A DNA stretch of 62,989 nucleotides, counting the filler, from Octopus bimaculoides (lineage: Eukaryota): assembly GCF_001194135.2 (NCBI RefSeq). It is 6 parts of 6 records of this genome, joined end to end, with 100 filler letters (N's around TTAATTAATTAA, not from the genome) between each part and the next. Parts side by side here need not be neighbours in the genome. Positions count along the whole stretch, not along the records: positions 41,020 to 50,199 come from NC_069003.1; positions 50,300 to 56,488 come from NC_068983.1; positions 56,589 to 59,638 come from NC_068996.1; 3 more parts are not named here. One strand, given 5' to 3'. Numbering within the stretch: position 1 is the stretch's first letter; the number at the start of each line of letters is the position of its first letter. The notes under the pieces were generated by a model. That model had not been told where the DNA came from, ran no database searches, and worked only from the letters and a program-made list of their open reading frames with translations. Position numbers and translations under genes: made by a program. This document shows positions 46,448-58,719 of the stretch, in pieces.

Positions 46448-47490
46448 TACATACATATACGTGGTCTGATCAATAAGTATCCGGACTGTTGCCCTAGTAC
46501 TAAATTTATTTCTTTATTACCCACAACGGGTTAAACATAGAGGGGACAAACAAGGACAGACAAAGGGATTAAGTCGATTACAGCGAGCCAGTACGCAACT
46601 GGTACTTATTTAATCGACTCCGAAAGGATGAAATGCAAAGTCGACCTCGGCGGATGAAAGCACGCAGAGTAAAGCCGCTTGGTACAGATTGGCCTTGATC
46701 TCTGCTGTGCATGCCTACGAAGTTTTAATGTTCTAGCTCATTTCTGCTGTTAACAGCAAAGCTTGAAAGGAAGGTGTGTAGCGTGTGATGGTTGCATTGA
46801 CAATTAAAGAGAAAACTGAGCAGATAATATGCATCAAATTTTGCCAAAAACTTGGCGGTACCTGCTCAGATGCCTACGCAAAATTTTCAAAAAGTTTTCA
46901 TCGTTCTCGACACAATCAAGGAGATCTTGTGCGATTGAAGCCCGAATGTTTTTTTGGTCAGCTGAAAGTAGTTTTGGCACAAACTTAGCAGACACGCGTC
47001 TCATACCTAAAATCTTTAGTGATAATGGACTGAACTGAACCGTAACTAATCTGCACATCACATGGTGATTCGATAATTTCACCTCACAGCTGCACGAACA
47101 TCTACGATGATTTTCTTAGTTCTGCTGATTGCGGGTCTCCCAGAATGTTCGTCAATATCAACATTTTTACGGCCATCTTAGAAACATCTGAACCACTTGT
47201 ACACTTTTTCTGTGCGGTTACACGCATTCTGTGTGGTTCATACACTCCTCTCCATACACTTTCTGCAACTTCTCGAAGGCCTCTTAGCAGGTATCCGCAT
47301 GATAACTTTCTCTGTCATGGTTAATGTGACGATCACACGCTACGTAACTTCCTTCCAAGCACTGCTGTAAACAGAAGTGAGCTAGAACGTTTAAACTTAG
47401 TGCACATGTACAGCAGAGTTTAAGGTCAATCTGTACTTTAGCTTCTTTACTATGGCAAGAGTCCGAATACTTATTGATCAGACCTCGTAT
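46448..47490. mobile_element. Mariner-derived element made of two inverted left arms, with a family B SINE at 46498-46653
   Basis: ~36-bp TIRs TACG(T/A)GGTCTGATCAATAAGTAT(C/T)CGGACT; transposase N-terminus on both strands. Confidence 0.8.
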
Positions 47491-48429
47491 ACATACACAT
47501 GTACACGCACATATGTATGTTTGTAGTCATACATGTGTTATCATTATTAATTATTGCCTTCATGTGGTCCTAAGCCTGTATTCTGCTTATTGCTTTGTCC
47601 CCCCCGTCCCTCCACTAACGGTCTCGTCTCGAGTCCGTTTCGTTTTGTTATGTTTAGGTCCCATTCCCGGCAACTTTCTTGTCTGTGCCTCCAGAGTGGA
47701 ATCAATATTATCGATAATGGCTGAAATTGCATTTGACCCTATGGCAGATAACTGATGAAGAATTGGTGAACTATTTTGTTTTCTGTCCGTCTGTATATAT
47801 ATTATATGTTCATTTGTTTATTTACTACACGTTTTTTAAAATTATATATATAGGTAGGTCATATTTTTCGTTTATTGTCTTTTTTTATTTAATCATGAAT
47901 ATATATATATATATATATANNNNNNNNNNNNNNNNNNNNNNNNNNNNNNNNNNNNNNNNNNNNNNNNNNNNNNNNNNNNNNNNNNNNNTACAAACATATA
48001 CATACATACACACTCATATATCTATATGCATAATTATATATATACACATACATACAAACATACATGTATACATATATGTATGTGTGTGTATACACACACA
48101 CACTCACATATACCTACACACACATTCACATATATACAATCGTCAGCGGGGCTCTCCATTTTCAATCTTCTCCATTACACCAATTATCCATTTAACAAAG
48201 GAATGAAAGCCATAGAATGATCAACTTCTCTCAAATCCTATATCACCGCTTTGCTGTAATCCTTCAAATATCGGCTACCAGCCAATGAAAATCGTTCTAA
48301 CCAATAATAACCAACAACAACTTCGCATCCATATTTGTGTCCCCTATTGTATGTAAGAAAAGTCTCTGAGTAAAGTTGCAGTAAATCATACAGTTCTCAA
48401 TGAGAACTCTATTACTTGTACTGAATCGT

Positions 48430-49130
48430 TTTTAACGATAGAGATATAATTGCGGCAGCCTTCGACATTTTCAGTCCACGAGTTTTCCTTCAACCCAATA
48501 TTCGACACGCTATAATTTATAGATTCATCTACTTCGAGTTATATCGTTAAAGACGATTTATTTAATGTCTCTGGAAGTTGCTATATTTTTATATCTGTTA
48601 TATATATTTAAGTACTACTTTTCTTAGTTGCCCTTCTAAACTTATAATTGTTTCTATTCGATCATGAAGAACATAAAACATTGATGTGAAGATAAAGGAA
48701 CTTCCCTTCATTATTTATTTCTTTGAAGACCATTAAGATTATGGTTGTACTCATTGAGGAAATTACAAGCTTCATCAAAAGCATGGGGTGAAATTCTTCT
48801 GTTTAGAAAAAGCACAAGCGACAAAACTGCTGACAGGTATGAATTTAAAAAAAAAGAAATCATTTCAGTCTTAAAGAAGGACTTCAAACTCTAACAATTT
48901 GATCTCATAAAGTTGTGAAATTCGTCATAAACCTTTATAGATGTTCAAATTCCATTCTCTGGAAAGAACTGGTCGAAGTGTCGTATTGCGCAAGAACAAT
49001 GAAATCGGTGATGAATTTTGTGCTTCCAATTCCACATATACTTCCTGTTATAAACTAGCAGCATAAGACATCAATACCAATAGTTTCAAAGAGAATTTAA
49101 GACATTAAAGAAAAGATCTTGGAACAATAT
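48430..49130 (+). pseudogene. Very decayed non-LTR retrotransposon ORF2 C-terminus
   Basis: LKKDFKL, YRCSNS and ERTGR..KNNEIGDEF resemble the FRCSNH..ETGR..C..C..EIGDEFH pattern. Confidence 0.4.
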
Positions 49131-49903
49131 GATTATATTTGGAACCATTTTCTTTTCCAAATAAACTTCAAATCCCCAGCCCGAAAACCTACCCCTGAAT
49201 AACAATAAAGCATTTGAACTTTGACCACAAAATGTACATATGCTTCGGGTGAAGGGGTAAGTCGATTACATTGACCTCGATGCTCTTTTGGGGGGTTATT
49301 TTATCGACCCTGAAAGGATGAAAGGCAAAGTCAATCTGGACCGAATTTGAACTCAAAACGTAAAGACGGATGGAGTACCGCTAATCACTTTGCCCGGCGT
49401 GCTAATGATTCGCCAGATCACCGCTTTAAGTGTACATATTATATTAATGCTTGTTTTTATGTTATAGCGTTATTTACTTCGAGTTCCACTATTAAAAAAC
49501 AATCCATTACAAGTAATGATGTTTTATTATTCGGAAGAAGTGTATGATTTACTCAGAGTTTCTGGTGAGGGAAAAATATGGAGCAGAAATTGTTTTTAGA
49601 TATTTGTGAATATTGGTTAGAAAGATTTACATAGGTTCACAGTAGATACATGGACCGCTGCAGTAAACCACTGCTGTAGGAGTTCATAAAGGTTGGCCAC
49701 ATTGGCCCACAAGCTATATATATGAAAGCATTAAACTGTAGGATTCTTCAATGATTTGTTGTAGAGTAAATAATTGCTAGGATTTCCAAAGACGACGTTG
49801 ACAGAAACATCGCAGTTTCGGTTTGGTGAACATTATCAAAGATTATGATGACTGAGAGTAAACAGAAAATTCTAAGACACTGTCAACCCTTCCCTTGTTT
49901 CAA

Positions 49904-49961
49904 CCTACCTACCTACCTACCTACCTACCTACCTACCTACCTACCTACCTACCTACCTACA

Positions 49962-50018
<57 letters not shown>

Positions 50019-50090
50019 GAGCCCTGTGTGGCTAATAAAAGAAATGTATCTATCTATCTACCTACCTACCTACCTGCCTACCTACCTACA

Positions 50091-50160
<70 letters not shown>
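49904..50160. repeat. Compound (ACCT)n/(ATCT)n array
   Basis: Direct reading. Confidence 0.95.
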
Positions 50161-50199
50161 CGCACAGTTTAGTTGAACAAACAGCTGAAATAACATTCA

Positions 50200-50299
50200 N
50201 NNNNNNNNNNNNNNNNNNNNNNNNNNNNNNNNNNNNNNNNNNNTTAATTAATTAANNNNNNNNNNNNNNNNNNNNNNNNNNNNNNNNNNNNNNNNNNNN
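50200..50299. other. Artificial scaffold-joining spacer
   Basis: 44 N + TTAATTAATTAA (50244-50255) + 44 N. Confidence 0.95.
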
Positions 50300-51010
50300 T
50301 AGGCCTTTCTCTAGACGTCATTCTTCCCCCACCCCCAACGGGGGAATGAACAAACGTGTGCTTTCTACAAGCACTTAGTGTTTTCAAATAAAAACTCAAA
50401 CAGTTAGAATTTTAACAGAAATTGCAGTTAATAAAAGAGTAGTTATTATAAATAATAACTCTAATAACCAGCAATTTTCACCACGAACACATGTACGACG
50501 CGTAACCAACAAACTCACAGAGACGAAATACCACTAAGCATTTCGCCCGGCGCGCTAACCTTTCTGCCAGCTTAAAGCCTTATAAACACCAGTTTAATAA
50601 TGACGAAGTTATTTTATTAAATTTTTCATTATTTTCAAAATTAATTGAAACAAAGTTAGAATGTCTCAAACAGAGATATGATTACAAAAAAAGGCAAAGA
50701 GATAATGTCATTTTCTCTTCTTTCTTACTGTCTTTCTTTCTTTCTTTTTTTCTTTCTCCCTCTCATTTCCACATAATGGATTCTGTTGATGTACTTTTAA
50801 TTTGAAATCCTCTCACTCACTAATGCGTTCCTTTTTACGGTTTTCTCTTAATTTCTATGACAGAGAGAGCGTGGAGAAGGAGAGAAACACTATTTTTTTT
50901 TACTTTGATATTTGGCAATAATTTGTGATAAAAGAATTATATTTTGCTTTTAGCCTTGACAGAGCCTCTCTTATAGGCAATTTAGTGCATAAAAGCACAC
51001 ACACACACAT

Positions 51011-51089
51011 AGATCGTAACAGACGAGAATTGTCTGTCATGGGTGACGGAATTCCGGCCATGACAGACAATTCTTGACTACTACGATTT
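51011..51089. ncRNA. Candidate pri-miRNA-like hairpin (unverified)
   Basis: 17-bp perfect stem extendable to 19 bp, 15-nt loop, 5x5 internal loop, 8-bp basal stem; no expression evidence. Confidence 0.25.
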
Positions 51090-52439
51090 GTGTTTGTGTG
51101 TATGTGTGCGCGCGCTTTTATGCACCAAGCACCCTATATGAGAGAGTCTCCCAAGGCTAATAACGCAGTATTCGGTGTTCTAACAAAGCAGCCATGTTAA
51201 GATGGGCATGAGGATTATCTTTTGGTATCAATACTGCTTCGCTAATAATTAATTATATTTTATTGGCTAAAGTCTTTCATTTATTTTGGCCCCCTTAACG
51301 TAAAGAGGAGGGAATCTGTAATGAAATTTGCTTTTAATGTTGACTAAGAGAGGACAAGGGCTTACAATCTACATAGACATACATACAAATAAATATGTAT
51401 ACATACATAAACACACACACACACACACACACACGGTGATATATATCTGCGCATGCGTGTGTATGTATCCAAACCTGGTATACCCACTAAATATCAATAG
51501 GTGAAACTAAGTAAGTCATATGAACTTCACAACATCCAATGACATTCATGGTGTTTCATTAGCAAGGTGAAACTTGGCCCCCTTCTTTTTTATTTACATC
51601 AACATAAAGGTTAAATCTATGTAGGAGTTTACAACATGAAGCAAATATTTATGAGCGTTATCATATAGCCATTAAGTGTTATAGAGGTTGTAACGATAAC
51701 TCACTGAAAAACCAGTTCTATCTTGTTAGCAGCCTCAGATTGTTCTCGCACTCGTGTCTGTTAACTCTTAGAAAGTCCATTTTAAATCACTGAAAATATC
51801 TACGTCTGTAGAGTGAAGCGCAACATTGTCGTTGTCGAAAACGTGGTAAAACTTTTTCGGTTAATAATATAAATCCAGTGGTAATCTGAATTGATTGAAT
51901 TAGTGTAGGAATATCCAATTAGAGTCACGAGAAGTGGGGGGGAAAACAAGAGAAAACGGAACAATGAATGATGGTACAAAGTCGGAATGATAATGTTGTA
52001 AGGAAGCAAGAGAAGAGGATTCAATGTTTCGGACAGTTGTCCTTCGTCAAAAACAGCAATAGATGAAGTAAATAAAGAGAAAAATATTCAGCGAAAAGTT
52101 CGCCCCAAAAACCTCATTGATCACAGCGAACGCAGCATTGTGGATGGAGGAATAGAAGTGGGTAGAGTGGATTATTGAAAAATAGTACAGCTGTTGCAAC
52201 CGTAGCAACAGCAGAAGCTGTGATGCAACTCGTGCAGGAAGAGTTTGCGGTTTATCATAGTTTGGTTGGAAGAATCCAATGATAATCCGGAAAAAATGCG
52301 TAAGGATAAATGAAAAGTAGTTCCTGGAGGACAAAATCAACTGACAAATGAACAAGATTTCAAATACACACACACACACAACACGCATGCATGCACGCAC
52401 ACACACATACTCACACACATACACGCATATACATTACAT

Positions 52440-52655
52440 ACATAATGCCGGTTTCCATGAACCTGTTGTTTACACCATCCCTGGACAGGACGCCGGTCCG
52501 TCGCAAGATTACTAATTTTTGCCAGCTGAGTGGACTGGAGAAAGGTGAAATAAAGAATTTTACTCAAGTACATAACGCATCGTCCGGTCCAGGAATCGAA
52601 ACCACAATCTTACGATCATGAGTCCAGAACCCTAACCACTAAGGAATGCGCCTCC
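52440..52655 (-). mobile_element. SINE family G (CORE-like)
   Basis: CAGCTGAGTGGACTGGAG..GTGAAAT..AG..TTTTACTCAAG.ACA.AACGC; tRNA-like head; second copy at 60910-61105. Confidence 0.7.
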
Positions 52656-52714
52656 ATATATGTATTTCTGTATTGCTATTATTATTATTATTATTATTAT
52701 TATTCTTTTCTGCT

Positions 52715-52922
52715 CTAGGCACAAGGCCCGAAATGTTTGGAGAGGGGGTCAGTCGAATAGTTCGACCCCAGTACGCAACTGGTACTTAGTTTATCGACCC
52801 CGAAAGGATGAAAGGCAAAGTCGACCTCAGCGGAATTTGAACTCAGAACATGAAGACAGGCGAAATACCGCTAAGCATTTCGCCCGGCGTGCTAACGATT
52901 CTGCCAGCTCGCCTTATTATTA

Positions 52923-52969
<47 letters not shown>

Positions 52970-53150
52970 GGTGGTGGTGAAAGACGGCGAGCTGGCAGAA
53001 TCGTGTTTAGCGGTACTTCGTCTGCTGCTACATTTTGAGATCAGATTCCGCCAAGGTCGATTTTGCTTTTCATCCTTTCGGGTTGATGAACGATGTAATC
53101 GGCTCACCTGCTCCCCCAAAATTGCTGCCCTAGAGGCAAAATTTGAAGCC
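52715..53150. mobile_element. Head-to-head pair of family B SINEs separated by (ATT)n
   Basis: Minus copy 52715-52913, plus copy 52986-53150. Confidence 0.88.
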
Positions 53151-53200
53151 ATTATTATTATTATTGTTGGTGTTGTTGTTGTTGTTGTTATTATTATTAT

Positions 53201-53257
<57 letters not shown>

Positions 53258-53869
53258 GCTGCAATGAAGGAAGGGAAGAGAACTCAACATGTCAGACAGT
53301 AGTTCATCGTTAACAACTGAAGAACAGAAGTGGGAAAGGTAAAAAGAATGTTAAGTGAAAAACAGTGTTGATTATAACGAAGACAAAATGGTGAATGGAA
53401 GAGTAGAAAATGATTAGGCGGAAGTGTATAGATTGGTGTTTTGGTGTTTTGTAGCCAAAAGAGCAAGAGCAAGAGATGGGGGGGGGGGGATAAGCGGAAT
53501 GAGCATGGAAAGGTTTAAAGAAATGTGAGAACATGTTATATGTTTGTCTGTAGGGAATGTGTGAGTATGTAGTGTTAGTGTACGGTTGTTTGTTCTGGAA
53601 AGCAAAACGAGGATATAGTGAACACTTTATGGGTGGTGTGATCAGAGCATACTAGTATGCGTGTTCGGTAAATTGGTAGTGAGTGTATGAGTCTGTGTTT
53701 GTTAGTGTGGAGTGGTTTGTGATTTANNNNNNNNNNTCTGTGTTTGTTAGTGTGGAGTGGTTTGTGATTTATGAGATTCTATGTGTGAAGACGGGGGAAG
53801 GTGAAGTGCACGTGAGATAGTTTATCGTTATATGAGGTGTGAAGGGAGAAGGAAATGTTTTTTGTGCAA

Positions 53870-54700
53870 GGCAAATCGATTATTAATCCCAGCCGGGCAG
53901 GCTGTGTTTAACCGAAAAATTAATTGTTGCACACGAGGCAAACGAAAGACGGGAGATTTGTGGTGTTGTGCAATGTCGCAAATATCGAGATGTATGTTGG
54001 TATCGCCTGTTGAGTTAAACCACAGGCCTGCATGTTTTCCTCAAACGATCAAACAGTTTCACGGACATCCGAAAATGCGCAGCGTTGGCATTTTATGCAG
54101 CACTTTATATTCTTGGATAAACACTTGGAATTGCTTTGTTTTGCTGGCACTCCGTCGCTTACGACGTCGAGAGTTCCAGTTGATCCGATCAACGGAACAG
54201 TCTGCTCGTGAAATTAACGTGCAAGTGGCTGAGCACTCCACAGACACGTGTACCCTTAACGTAGTTCTCGGGGATATTCAGCGTGGCACAGTGTGACAAG
54301 GCTGGCCCTTTGAAATACAGGTACAACAGAAACAGGAAGTAAGAGTGAGAGAAAGTTGTGGTGAAAGAGTACAGCAGGGTTCTCCACCATTCCCTGCCGG
54401 AGCCTCGCGGAGCTTTAGGTGTTTTCGCTCAATAAACACTCACAACGCCCGGTCTGGGAATTGAAACCGCGATCCTATGACCGCGAGTCCGCTGCCCTAA
54501 CCACTGGGCCATTACGCCTCCACGGAATTGCTTAGTATGCTAATATACAGTTCCAAACTGTCTGCGTGTGTATCTGGGTGTTCGTGCGCGTGGCACGTGG
54601 CTTATTCAACCAGTCTGTCTGAATAAATCGTTATGACGAAATTTGATATTCCTGTCAAAACTAGTTGTCTAATAAATTCGACTCTCTCACTATTGGGTCC
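53870..54700 (-). pseudogene. Penelope-like GIY-YIG C-terminal remnant interrupted by SINE C
   Basis: KLFDRLRK; WFNSTGDTNIHLDICDIAQHHKSPVFRLPRVQQLIFRLNTACPAGINNRF. Confidence 0.7.
54138..54523 (-). mobile_element. SINE family C, full length
   Basis: tRNA-like head with A box TGGCCCAGTGG and B box GGTTTCAATTCC; 10-bp TSD GGAATTGCTT (54127-54136, 54524-54533). Confidence 0.92.
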
Positions 54701-54829
54701 TCGGTCGTCAGTGAATATTCTGTTGTTATCTTTAAAATATCTTTAGCAGCCACAGTATTAATTTCCATATATATGTGAGTGGTGGGTACACGTGTGAGTG
54801 CAGTTGCGCGTGTGTGAAATCCTCTCATG

Positions 54830-55330
54830 GTTAATTTTCATGCACGCCTCCCTTATATTCCTCACTTGTCCTTCCCTCCTTTGGCTGAAGAATGCCAATC
54901 AGCTCATTTCCGCTGTATCAGCTTCCACTTTTCCATTCGCCAGTTTACTTTAACTGAAATTAGCACCATTTTTTTTTTGTTCAACCGTCTTTCGTCGCTG
55001 CCATCTCCTTATCTGTTCTTGAGAAAAGATCACTGTCCGAAACGTTGTATGAATTTTAGTCTGTGCTTTTCTCACAAAATAATTGCATTTATTTTGTACT
55101 CTTGTCCATTGCTTTGTTATTTATTATATTGCCTTTCCTTTGCTCGTAACGACACTTGCGACATTGCACAAGACCACAGATCTCCCGTCTTTCGTTTGCC
55201 TCGTGAACAACAATTAATTTTTCGGTTAGACACAGCCTGCTCAGCTGGGATTAATAGTAATATTCTTCTTTCTTTGCACTACTCTCAGCTTAATTCTTGC
55301 TGTGGTGTATTACTTGTACACACACCAGCC
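54830..55330 (+). mobile_element. Penelope pLTR-like segment with an inverted copy of the GIY-YIG end
   Basis: 55156-55256 is 94/101 identical to the reverse complement of 53881-53981; hammerhead-like relic at 55018-55047. Confidence 0.55.
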
Positions 55331-55557
55331 TAACCGAGATATACCAACGGGATATACTTACTATTTACTGAGAACCAGGTTACTAGAGAGAGTGGGAGAG
55401 GGAAAGAGAGAGAAGAGAGAGAGGGGGTGGCAAGTAGAAATATTACTATTTACATTGCTTTTCCAATGTGATTAAGGAACGAAATGAATTCGGTCCTGTA
55501 TTTGGGACTAAATTGGAAAATCCGCTGTGCAGCACATCTCCACTAATAATTGCAGCA

Positions 55558-55614
<57 letters not shown>

Positions 55615-56258
55615 TCCCATATACATACACGTAAACATTGTTGACGTCTTAAAATATTATAAACTGTTGAGCAAACGTGAAATAATTCTTTTTCTTGGAA
55701 CAGTAGATCTTTATATGCTTGGAGGTACCCTGTTGCTAAAAAAGAATACAAATATACTACCATACATACATGCATACATAAATACATACATACATACATA
55801 CATACATACACACGCACATACACACATATATACATACATACGTACATACATACATACATACATACATACACACACATACATACATTATATATATACATAT
55901 ATATGTGTTTGTATTTATGTATGTACAAATGCATAAATCTGGGTTCTCCCATATAATGAAACCCCTAATTGTAGTGACAAACTTATTGAATATTTCGGTA
56001 TCTAGACGAGTTGCGGCTACACGGTCGCTGAAAACTCTCAAACTGATCCCCCTTTTTCAGTCCATCCAGGTGATCGCATAGACATTTTATTTAGATATGC
56101 CATTTGTATTAGGTTACACATTCCAAGAGAGCTGACTTGACAGCTGCTACAATGGCTGTAGTCTGTTGTGCATTTTCCACAAACGCTGTTTAAAAAAAAA
56201 ACGCTGTTTTCTTTTTGCATGCATTTGGTAACATCGTAAACGTTTGCGCACACGTGTG

Positions 56259-56260
<2 letters not shown>

Positions 56261-56305
<45 letters not shown>

Positions 56306-56310
56306 TTATC

Positions 56311-56341
<31 letters not shown>

Positions 56342-56359
56342 CTATCTATCTGTCTATCG

Positions 56360-56391
<32 letters not shown>

Positions 56392-56392
56392 C
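56261..56392. repeat. (TATC)n microsatellite
   Basis: Direct reading. Confidence 0.95.
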
Positions 56393-56488
56393 TATGGACG
56401 GACGGTAGACGTGTCGGCTCCGTAAGTTTTGCCTTTTTCATGTTTTAAAAAGTTTGTTTGTAAAGTTTATTTTATATACAAAGTTGTA

Positions 56489-56588
56489 NNNNNNNNNNNN
56501 NNNNNNNNNNNNNNNNNNNNNNNNNNNNNNNNTTAATTAATTAANNNNNNNNNNNNNNNNNNNNNNNNNNNNNNNNNNNNNNNNNNNN
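56489..56588. other. Artificial scaffold-joining spacer
   Basis: 44 N + TTAATTAATTAA (56533-56544) + 44 N. Confidence 0.95.
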
Positions 56589-56800
56589 CAACCGGTGTTG
56601 GTGTGTTTCTGTTCGTGTAGATTACCGGTTCGACAAAACTGACCGTTATAATAAGTGCCTATCTTAAAAGATGATAAGCACTGGGTTTGATCCATTCGAC
56701 TAAAATCCTTCAAGGCGGTGCCCCAGCAAGGCCACACGGTGAACAAGTAAAAAAGATATGTATAGACAGACGTTATGTATTTTCTTTTTACGCTATATAT

Positions 56801-57122
56801 CAGTGTTTCTGAACCGGGGTCCATACAAGATTTTTGGATGTCCAAGCAACAAAACAATATATTAGGGATCCACAGTAGTATTTTAAGGGCTCCTGAAAAA
56901 AAGGATTTGCTTTAGACGTACGTAGTGCAAGAGAGATCTAGGTTTCTTTCTGTAACATTTTACAAAGTTCGACCTACACAAAGCAATGTATAAAAAAAAA
57001 AATTGGAAATTTGAAAGTCACTTCTTTAAGGCTAGTTTTTAAACATCGAATGGCTAAGGGGGTCCACACAATAAAATAATAATCAAAGGGGTTCATAGAT
57101 GAATAATGGTTGAGAACCTTCG
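56801..57122. mobile_element. Older hAT/Charlie-like MITE
   Basis: Ends CAGTGTTTCTGAACC / GGTTGAGAACC; internal GGGGTCC motifs as in 1986-2256. Confidence 0.5.
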
Positions 57123-57492
57123 CTTTACATGGACGAGTTAAATGGACTGAGTCTAATGTGGGACCAGTATTACCACAAGATTTATTATTTCAGTCAGCAT
57201 CTAAACATCCAAGCATAACTTTCAAAACGTTAGGGTGCATAAAAATAACACGGCTCTCTTATGTTGATATATTTATATATTCCACAAAACTTATGTAGAT
57301 TCTCATTCTTAAGAACCCTGCAAGTATGTATGTATGTACGTATGTATGTGTCTATGTATGTAGGGATGAATATATGTATGTATGCAGGTAAGTATGTTCG
57401 TATGTATGTGTGCACGCTTGTGCATCTATATCTATCAATATAGCTCCTATTATCTCTCTGTTATTATATATAAATATATGTAATCGTATATC

Positions 57493-57537
<45 letters not shown>

Positions 57538-58682
57538 NNNNNNNNNNNNNNNNNNNNNNNNNNNNNNNNNNNNNNNNNNNNNNNNNNNNNNNNNNNNNNN
57601 NNNNNNNNNNNNNNNNNNNNNNNNNNNNNNNNNNNNNNNNNNNNNNNNNNNNNNNNNNNNNNNNNNNNNNNNNNNNNNNNNNNNNNNNNNNNNNNNNNNN
57701 NNNNNNNNNNNNNNNNNNNNNNNNNNNNNNNNNNNNNNNNNNNNNNNNNNNNNNNNNNNNNNNNNNNNNNNNNNNNNNNNNNNNNNNNNNNNNNNNNNNN
57801 NNNNNNNNNNNNNNNNNNNNNNNNNNNNNNNNNNNNNNNNNNNNNNNNNNNNNNNNNNNNNNNNNNNNNNNNNNNNNNNNNNNNNNNNNNNNNNNNNNNN
57901 NNNNNNNNNNNNNNNNNNNNNNNNNNNNNNNNNNNNNNNNNNNNNNNNNNNNNNNNNNNNNNNNNNNNNNTATATATATATATATGTATATATACTGCGG
58001 GGCAGGTAGATCTTATATAGGTGTCTGCACAGGTGTGTATGCATATACGTGTGTGTGTGTGTGTGTGTGTATGTATTTGTATGTAAATACATATACATGA
58101 TTGTCTGTAAAATTCCATACATGTTTGCACATATATGTACACAGTCATTACACTCATGTGACTGTGTTAACTTCATTTCACATTCACGTTGCCCAGGTTT
58201 AGCTCTACTACGTGGCATCACGGGCATCTACACAGATCTTGTCAATGGATTTTGTAGAAGAAATATAAGAGTATACTATCGTATATATATTTGTACCTGT
58301 GTGGGAGAGTTTGTGTGTATGTGGCGATGTTTGCATTTTTCTATATGTATTGCACACTCACCGGCCGGTGTTGGTTTCTTTAAGTCCAAGTAAATATTTC
58401 GTCAAAAGCAAAATAATTGAAACTGAGCGACAGAGTAAGTATTACCCTTAAGAAACTATGTAGTGGTAGTGGGGGTTATTCCACTAAATCTTTTAAGGCG
58501 GTGATCCAGCATGGCCGCAGTCCAATGACTGAAAGAAGTAAAACAAGTACAAAGTAAATGAATATATATATACGCAAACACGCAAACACACACACACACG
58601 TGGGTTCAGTCCCACAGCACAGTTCTTTGGAGAAATATCTTCAACTGTAGATTCAGGTCGATCGAAACCTTGAGTATACAAC

Positions 58683-58719
<37 letters not shown>

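Noticed and set aside
53691-53775. Direct repeat TCTGTGTTTGTTAGTGTGGAGTGGTTTGTGATTTA flanking a 10-N gap
   Set aside because: Typical unmerged contig overlap, so likely an assembly artefact.
54440-54523. tRNA gene
   Set aside because: A and B boxes are present, but the sequence continues into a multi-copy SINE body with tail and TSD; no complete cloverleaf.
54827-55333. 168-aa ORF as a novel protein
   Set aside because: Only its end resembles a Penelope GIY-YIG C-terminus; the rest is low-complexity UTR-like sequence.
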